A stretch of 64,000 nucleotides of DNA, from the NCBI GenBank assembly GCA_023379805.1, contig JAMCPI010000012.1, forward strand, positions 95,777-159,776, read 5' to 3'. The notes under the pieces were generated by a model, which searched no databases, was not told the DNA's origin, and was given only the letters and a program-made list of their open reading frames with translations. Position 1 is the stretch's first letter. Every line of letters starts with the position of its first letter. Made by a program: the position numbers and the translations under genes. The stretch comes from Nitrososphaerota archaeon. Lineage in GTDB: Archaea; Thermoproteota; Nitrososphaeria; Nitrososphaerales; JACPRH01. Below are positions 58,885 to 64,000 of the stretch, one piece after another.

Positions 58885-59319
58885 ATGATGCCGCTGCTCT
58901 CCAGCGCCGCCATCTTCTCCCCGGCTGGACTGGTAGTGGTAGTGGTTGGACTCATCATTATCTGGGCTGTCCTCTCTCTTCCAGTCTATATCGCAGCTAA
59001 GGTTGTAACCGGCGGTAAAGCGACACTCCTCGCAGCTATGGGTGCTACCCTTCTCGGTCCCATCGTCTATTTCATCACAGCTATACTGGCCGCCTTCTCT
59101 ATAGGTGCAGTACTCGGCTTCACTGCTGCACCCATTGCGCTTGTCATAGCCTTCATCGCGTGGCTTGCAGTATACAAAGCAGCATTCTCAACAGGTTGGC
59201 TCGGCGCATTACTCATAGCGGTTATCGCGGCAATAGTGTTCGTCATTATCGCTCTCATAATCACCGCTTTACTTGGACCTGCTGTTCCAAACGGCTTCTT
59301 CGACGTAAAGTCCTTCTAG
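58885..59319 (+). CDS. Hydrophobic membrane protein
   Basis: Four to five TM helices. Confidence 0.7.
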   Translation: MMPLLSSAAIFSPAGLVVVVVGLIIIWAVLSLPVYIAAKVVTGGKATLLAAMGATLLGPIVYFITAILAAFSIGAVLGFTAAPIALVIAFIAWLAVYKAAFSTGWLGALLIAVIAAIVFVIIALIITALLGPAVPNGFFDVKSF

Positions 59320-59349
59320 CGCGCTGAGAGAACGCCCGCCTGTTCTCTG

Positions 59350-59955
59350 CTACTTTTGGAGTGGAGCGATAGCGTCTTTGATGTCTTGTTGTATCCGCGC
59401 GACCCAGTAGGCGTCGAATTTTCTGAGGTCATCGTTAATCTGCCAAGTCAGCGAGAAGCCTTTGTTTAGCTCTGTAGCCGCTTCAGATGCTGTCATCTGC
59501 GGCTTGCTTTTGAGGTTGTCAAGCCACGCGAAGTGCTGCTTGTAGTCTCTGAGAAGGTTGTCAATCATTGGCTGAAGCTCCGGATCGAACCGTTTCGCCT
59601 CCGGCATCACGTCTTGCCATAGCGCCAGCTCATCGTCAAAGCTGCTCGTAGTCGTGTTGATCTGCTTATACATCTTCGCTAGAAATGCTCGATCAACTTC
59701 AAGTCTCTCAGATTTACTTGAGATATTGTTCAACCGGTCGGAGAGTTGACGGTAAAGCACCGTTTGGTTCGCCAGCTCCGCCTCCAATCCTTGAGTCCTG
59801 TTACCCGCTTCACTCAGCTTCGCCTCAAGACTAGAGACCTGCTGTTTATACCCGTCCATCTGAGGCTGATAGTACAGGACAGACAAGCCGTATGCGGCGC
59901 CAGCTGTGATAACTACTGCTGCAACAAACCCTGCGATAAGTAGCCTGCTTGACAT
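59350..59955 (-). CDS. Membrane-anchored coiled-coil/helical protein
   Basis: N-terminal TM helix from ATG 59955 followed by a heptad-rich segment. Confidence 0.65.
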   Translation of the reverse strand: MSSRLLIAGFVAAVVITAGAAYGLSVLYYQPQMDGYKQQVSSLEAKLSEAGNRTQGLEAELANQTVLYRQLSDRLNNISSKSERLEVDRAFLAKMYKQINTTTSSFDDELALWQDVMPEAKRFDPELQPMIDNLLRDYKQHFAWLDNLKSKPQMTASEAATELNKGFSLTWQINDDLRKFDAYWVARIQQDIKDAIAPLQK

Positions 59956-60033
59956 AGCCCGGTAATGAAACGCCGCCACTTAATAACATGCCTAACTAAC
60001 TCAGATGAAGTACCCTTGCCGATCGCTAAAGAG

Positions 60034-60429
60034 CTAAACCGGTTCTGCTGGGTGTCTTCCACGCCAGAAGTAAATCGGCAACAGGATTACTAGTGTGATT
60101 TGAAGCGCTGAGCCTCCTATGAACGTTAAGCATGGAAGCGGATTAACACTGTTTATGAGCGTATAATGCCTCGGCTCAGGCAACGACACTAGTAGCGTGA
60201 TGATTACGAGTATAAACGCAACTGAATATGCTTCTCTTCTACCTGCGACCACCGCTACGGCTGTGAAAAGATAAGCTACCCATCCGGTGAGAAGTGCATA
60301 GACAATCTGCTGAGGAACAATTCCTGATATCTGTGCGATAAAGAGAACGCCTAATGCTACCGAAAGATAGATCGCTAAATCGATCAGCCGTCTCAATCGC
60401 TTCTGCGTTACCAAACGGGGTCTCTCCAT
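60034..60429 (-). CDS. Four-TM membrane protein
   Basis: Four hydrophobic helices. Confidence 0.65.
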   Translation of the reverse strand: MERPRLVTQKRLRRLIDLAIYLSVALGVLFIAQISGIVPQQIVYALLTGWVAYLFTAVAVVAGRREAYSVAFILVIITLLVSLPEPRHYTLINSVNPLPCLTFIGGSALQITLVILLPIYFWRGRHPAEPV

Positions 60430-60556
60430 TCTACCCGTCAGTATGATACATTGGGCTACAAGTTGTTTGCCGTAGCATCACTAAGTATGGCTTCATTTTT
60501 ACCTATTAATTTGATTTACCTAGGTATTAGTTCAACGCTGGATTCGGTTAATTTGT

Positions 60557-61279
60557 CTAATCGTATCCTTCGAACTCTTCCGTCCTAACGTTGTCTTCGT
60601 CTATTCCTCCTTCTACCAGCATCTTTTGCATCGCCTCTACCATCCCAGGGGGACCTGCTATGTAGTATATCGGAGTGGCGAGGTCTGGAACATGCTTCTT
60701 CAACATCTCTATGTTGATGCGACCTGTCTCGCCTCGCCAACTTGGGTCTTTCTCTATCCTGGTCATAGTTGCGATTAGTTTGAGGTTCCGGTTTTCTTTC
60801 TCTAGGTTCTGAAGGTCTTTAAGGAACGCTGCGTCCTCAGGTTTTTGATCCGAGTAGAACAGATACATGGTGTGCGGTAGCTTCTCCTTTGTTGCCTGTT
60901 TAGTTATGCTGTAGAACGGAGTGACACCTATGCCGCCTGCGAGGAACACTGCTGGTTTAGACGCGTCTTTGTGGAGGCGGAAGGAGCCTGATGGGCCTTC
61001 CAGTTCAACTTCTGCACCTAATGCCATTGTCTTTAGCGAGCGTTTGAACGCGGTGTCACGCATTCTGGTGGTGATGGTGAGGTTGTCTTCAAAGGGGGCG
61101 CTGGAAAGAGTATATGTGCGGGTGTTGCCTTCTTCATCCGTTTCTGGCGGGTTGATTAAGGTGATGTCAACATGTTGTCCCGCCTTATGTTGGAACCCTC
61201 TTGGCTTTTCGAAGTCGAAGGACATTGTGGCAAAACATACCTCTTTTCTTCCTGTTAAACGGGTCTTGTAGTCAGCCAT
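60557..61279 (-). CDS. FNR-like FAD/NAD(P)-binding oxidoreductase
   Basis: AGQH, RTYTLSS, EGPSG, FLAGGIGVTPF, YIAGPPGMV, EEF. Confidence 0.9.
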   Translation of the reverse strand: MADYKTRLTGRKEVCFATMSFDFEKPRGFQHKAGQHVDITLINPPETDEEGNTRTYTLSSAPFEDNLTITTRMRDTAFKRSLKTMALGAEVELEGPSGSFRLHKDASKPAVFLAGGIGVTPFYSITKQATKEKLPHTMYLFYSDQKPEDAAFLKDLQNLEKENRNLKLIATMTRIEKDPSWRGETGRINIEMLKKHVPDLATPIYYIAGPPGMVEAMQKMLVEGGIDEDNVRTEEFEGYD

Positions 61280-61722
61280 CTAAACAATCAACTTCTTCTC
61301 TTCCTTATTCGAGATTTAGCGCATATAGCTCTGCTGGGCTTAATGCGGATGATCTAGTCATAATGAGAATCGTTCGTTTAATATGGTTCGAATGATATAA
61401 GTTTGGTGGGTATACATGGAAAATTTTTGTAATTAATTCATTCCAGTTTTATAGATTATTATTTCTCATTTAATTCACATATTTTAATCCGAATCGAAAA
61501 TAGGATGCGGTATGTTGATATAATTTGACGAATAGTACTTAACTATTTATGCGGATAGTTTAATATGAACCTCTAGCCTATTATTTGGAAGCCTTCTATA
61601 TTGAGGTTGTGGAGTCTGACCGCTGCTAATCTTAACATTTCTGGGCATCAAGTTATCATGCGGGGTCAGGAAGAACTCGAGGTCTTCTTGACAAATACCG
61701 TGGATGGGGAGTTGGATTAGGG

Positions 61723-62058
61723 TTGAAAAGTCAGTGTGTTTCACGAACCTACCGTGACCAAATTGAGATAATTGAGAATATTCTAACTAAGACAGGAAAT
61801 GGTTGTCGAAAGACCCGCATTATGTATGCCGCGAACCTAAGCAGTAGCCAGATGAGACGGTATCTTACGCTACTGGTGGATGCGAAGTGCCTTCTGTTTG
61901 AGCCTGAGGAACGGTTATTCATGATGACACCTAAAGGATCCGAGCTGCTCCAAGCTATCCATGAAATCGCACGTGCAAAAGAGAATCTTCATAGATCAAA
62001 AGAAAAACTTAGGTCGTTAATCGACATCAGAACTCTAGCGTACATCGATTCAGAGTAG
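61723..62058 (+). CDS. Archaeal winged-helix regulator (HTH_45/ArnR1-like)
   Basis: RDQIEII..IL, KTRIMYAANLS, YL..L, TPKG. Confidence 0.85.
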   Translation: MKSQCVSRTYRDQIEIIENILTKTGNGCRKTRIMYAANLSSSQMRRYLTLLVDAKCLLFEPEERLFMMTPKGSELLQAIHEIARAKENLHRSKEKLRSLIDIRTLAYIDSE

Positions 62059-62287
62059 CAAACAGTAATCGTTAAGCCGTCTGTGCGTAGTTGTTTGCTT
62101 GGATACAGGTGTAGTTATAGGTATAACTACAGATCTTTCAGCCTGTTGTTATAGAAAAAAAATGCAGAACTTGTTTACACTTGGGTTCTTCAAATTGTAA
62201 AGTATTAATCGACTGCAATTAAAGGTGAATCTGGTGCTGTTTGTTGCGTAATACTATAATTACAGTTCTCTGCTAAACTGCTATGAA

Positions 62288-62710
62288 ATGTCTACAAAAC
62301 TCCCACCGATTAACAGTTGGGACAGTATTAATCTCAAGGGGCCGCCAAGCATGACCGCGAATATTAGAAACCGTAAGAACCGTCGTCAAGCCGACATCGT
62401 TGCGGATATTCTAAGAGTCTGCTGTGAAGGAGATGCGAAAACTCACATAATGTACAAGGCTGGTCTCAGCTACCCGCTGCTCAAGAAATACCTCAGTCTA
62501 CTGATGGACAAGCGGCTAATCCTGCAGGACGGCGACCAGTACCGGATAACCGAGCTGGGACAAAACTATCTCGAGATCTACGGAGAAATCGGGAAAACCC
62601 AGACCATCCTACAGCAGCGAGAGGAGGATATGCAACGGCTATTCTGCTCAACCACCGCCGTTCCCGAAGACGAGTTCTACCGAGGCATAACCACCAGACC
62701 CAAAGAATAG
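62288..62710 (+). CDS. Archaeal winged-helix regulator (HTH_45/ArnR1-like), paralogue
   Basis: RRQADIVADIL, KTHIMYKAGLSY, YRITELG. The start may be ATG 62351. Confidence 0.85.
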   Translation: MSTKLPPINSWDSINLKGPPSMTANIRNRKNRRQADIVADILRVCCEGDAKTHIMYKAGLSYPLLKKYLSLLMDKRLILQDGDQYRITELGQNYLEIYGEIGKTQTILQQREEDMQRLFCSTTAVPEDEFYRGITTRPKE

Positions 62711-62834
62711 CTTTCCACCCCATTTCCCTCTCTTTCCCCAATTCAAGCGGCGCAAGGCTCACGGGATCCGAATGCCCTAGAGGCTAGCTGATGCTACGCT
62801 ACGAGTGAAGAGATCCAGGAATGTACTGTGTATC

Positions 62835-63512
62835 TTATTTTTTCACGATTATGTATCTGGGGTAGAACCGTCCGCTTCTCCTGATTTCTCCTTTCGATTC
62901 AAGGATCTTGCATCTATTTACAACCTCTGAGGCCGGAATATCTCTTCCAAGGGTCTTTGAGACCTGCTTCGTAAGATCTGCGATATGCTTCTCCGAGCCG
63001 TCTTCTAAAGCTTTCAAGACTGCTTCGTCAAGATCCTTCAACTGCTTCTCCACCCCCTCAGTATCCTTCTTCACTAGAAGCCTAGGGCCTGTGACTGGCA
63101 TCTCACTCGGAAACATAGAGAAGTGTTCATGAACTATCTTCCACGCTGACCCAGACCTAGATCGAGCCAGAACCATTGACACTCTGGATCTGATGTCGAA
63201 GCTCTTCTTCCTTATTGTACCGTTATAACCGAAGTAGAACGAAACCCAAGCAAAGTCACCTTTAACCTTCACCGCAAAATCATCCAGCTTATAGCTGTAC
63301 TCCTCCAAAACCTTAATCGCATCATCCTCGCCTCGAAGAGCCTCTTCCCCCTCCATACGTGTACCAGGCGGCCAATCATCAAACTTTGAGTACAGACTCG
63401 CGTCAATAGATTCTCGTATAAGCTCAGGTTTCTTCAGCTTAATACCGTCTATCCTTCGCCGAACTACCTCTTCAATAACTGAAGGATCATCGTTATTCGC
63501 CTTCTCGCTCAT
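62835..63512 (-). CDS. SnoaL/NTF2-like domain fused to a C-terminal winged helix
   Basis: WKIVHEHFS NTF2-like end followed by LDEAVLKAL...LESKGEI. Confidence 0.7.
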   Translation of the reverse strand: MSEKANNDDPSVIEEVVRRRIDGIKLKKPELIRESIDASLYSKFDDWPPGTRMEGEEALRGEDDAIKVLEEYSYKLDDFAVKVKGDFAWVSFYFGYNGTIRKKSFDIRSRVSMVLARSRSGSAWKIVHEHFSMFPSEMPVTGPRLLVKKDTEGVEKQLKDLDEAVLKALEDGSEKHIADLTKQVSKTLGRDIPASEVVNRCKILESKGEIRRSGRFYPRYIIVKK

Positions 63513-63661
63513 CTGCTGCTGTCACCACCGCTACTACCTGTTTTCAGATGATCGTCAGAAACTCAAAGAGGTATATGTGTATCGCAGAGCACCGCGTTAG
63601 TCTGCCTATGCTGCTTGACTAAGACACACTACTGATTATTCGGGACGTAACTAGCAGCTTC

Positions 63662-64000
63662 TCAGCGGCGGTATCGTCGTTGCTGCTGGTGTTGCTGTTG
63701 CTGTTGCTGTTGCTGTTGTTGGTGTTGTCGCCGACGTTGCCATCTCGGGCCGGATTTAGATTGTCTGAATCCTCTTGATCTGCGTCGGTTGTCGTCTCTT
63801 CCTCTTCTCCGCTCTATTCTGTTGCTGTATTGTGTGTGCGAGCCAGATGGGGCTGTTTTTTCATCTTCCGGTCTAAGTGGCTTGATTTCTGCTTTGGTTA
63901 GGCTGCGTATGTGTACGAAGTCACCGTATTCTCTTTCGGAGACTAATGTGAATGCTTTTCCTGTGTCACCTGCTCTGGCGGTTCGCCCGACGCGATGGAA
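63662..64000 (-). CDS. 3' end of a DEAD-box RNA helicase with Arg-rich and polyQ tail (partial)
   Basis: Minus frame from 64000 reads FHRVGRTARAGDTGKAFTLV (motif VI) ... RWQRRRQHQQQQQQQQQQHQQQRRYRR*. Confidence 0.88.
   Translation of the reverse strand, partial: FHRVGRTARAGDTGKAFTLVSEREYGDFVHIRSLTKAEIKPLRPEDEKTAPSGSHTQYSNRIERRRGRDDNRRRSRGFRQSKSGPRWQRRRQHQQQQQQQQQQHQQQRRYRR
63691..63714 (-). repeat. (GTTGCT)4 hexanucleotide microsatellite encoding the polyQ tract
   Basis: Four perfect units with imperfect flanks. Confidence 0.85.

Noticed and set aside
1..64000. CRISPR arrays, rRNA, transposases
   Set aside because: No regularly spaced repeats, rRNA-like sequence or transposase motifs were seen.

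Overview
Archaeal chromosomal window, most likely a TACK lineage such as a non-ammonia-oxidising Nitrososphaeria or Bathyarchaeia; this is inferred from cdvA, archaeal ppcA, Ahb haem synthesis and frequent TTG/GTG starts. Positions 1-25.8 kb hold a large tetrahydromethanopterin (H4MPT)/methanofuran C1 cluster: the 3' end of mfnA, a DHPS-like gene, mer, fwdDBAC, mch, mptN-like, HisA-like, mfnDFE, CofE-like, ftr, mfnB, a bacterial-type NAD(P)-dependent mtdB-like gene, mptD and mptE. A TRASH-regulator metal module, a G1 peptidase, two tandem nucleotidyltransferases and an orphan histidine kinase are interleaved. After the cluster come dys, a secreted metallophosphoesterase, hppA, tRNA-Cys, a membrane-anchored PQQ dehydrogenase-like gene, an S8 protease, ppcA, a frameshifted msrB/msrA, an accessory AT-richer island, cdvA, a hemA-hemL-hemC-cobA-(hemD::ahbA)-ahbBCD operon and miscellaneous genes. 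The most notable unexplained signal is a ~75-nt intergenic element present twice (25931-26004 and 35210-35285). It shows compensatory base changes and a predicted pseudoknot, and I cannot assign it to a known RNA family. Other highlights are an unannotated 38-aa Cys-rich peptide ORF inside the C1 cluster, a gene that apparently needs an ATT/ATA start, an in-frame relic repeat beyond a UGA stop, and a 2-nt deletion removing the MsrB catalytic Cys. All family calls come from motif recognition by eye; no database searches were run.
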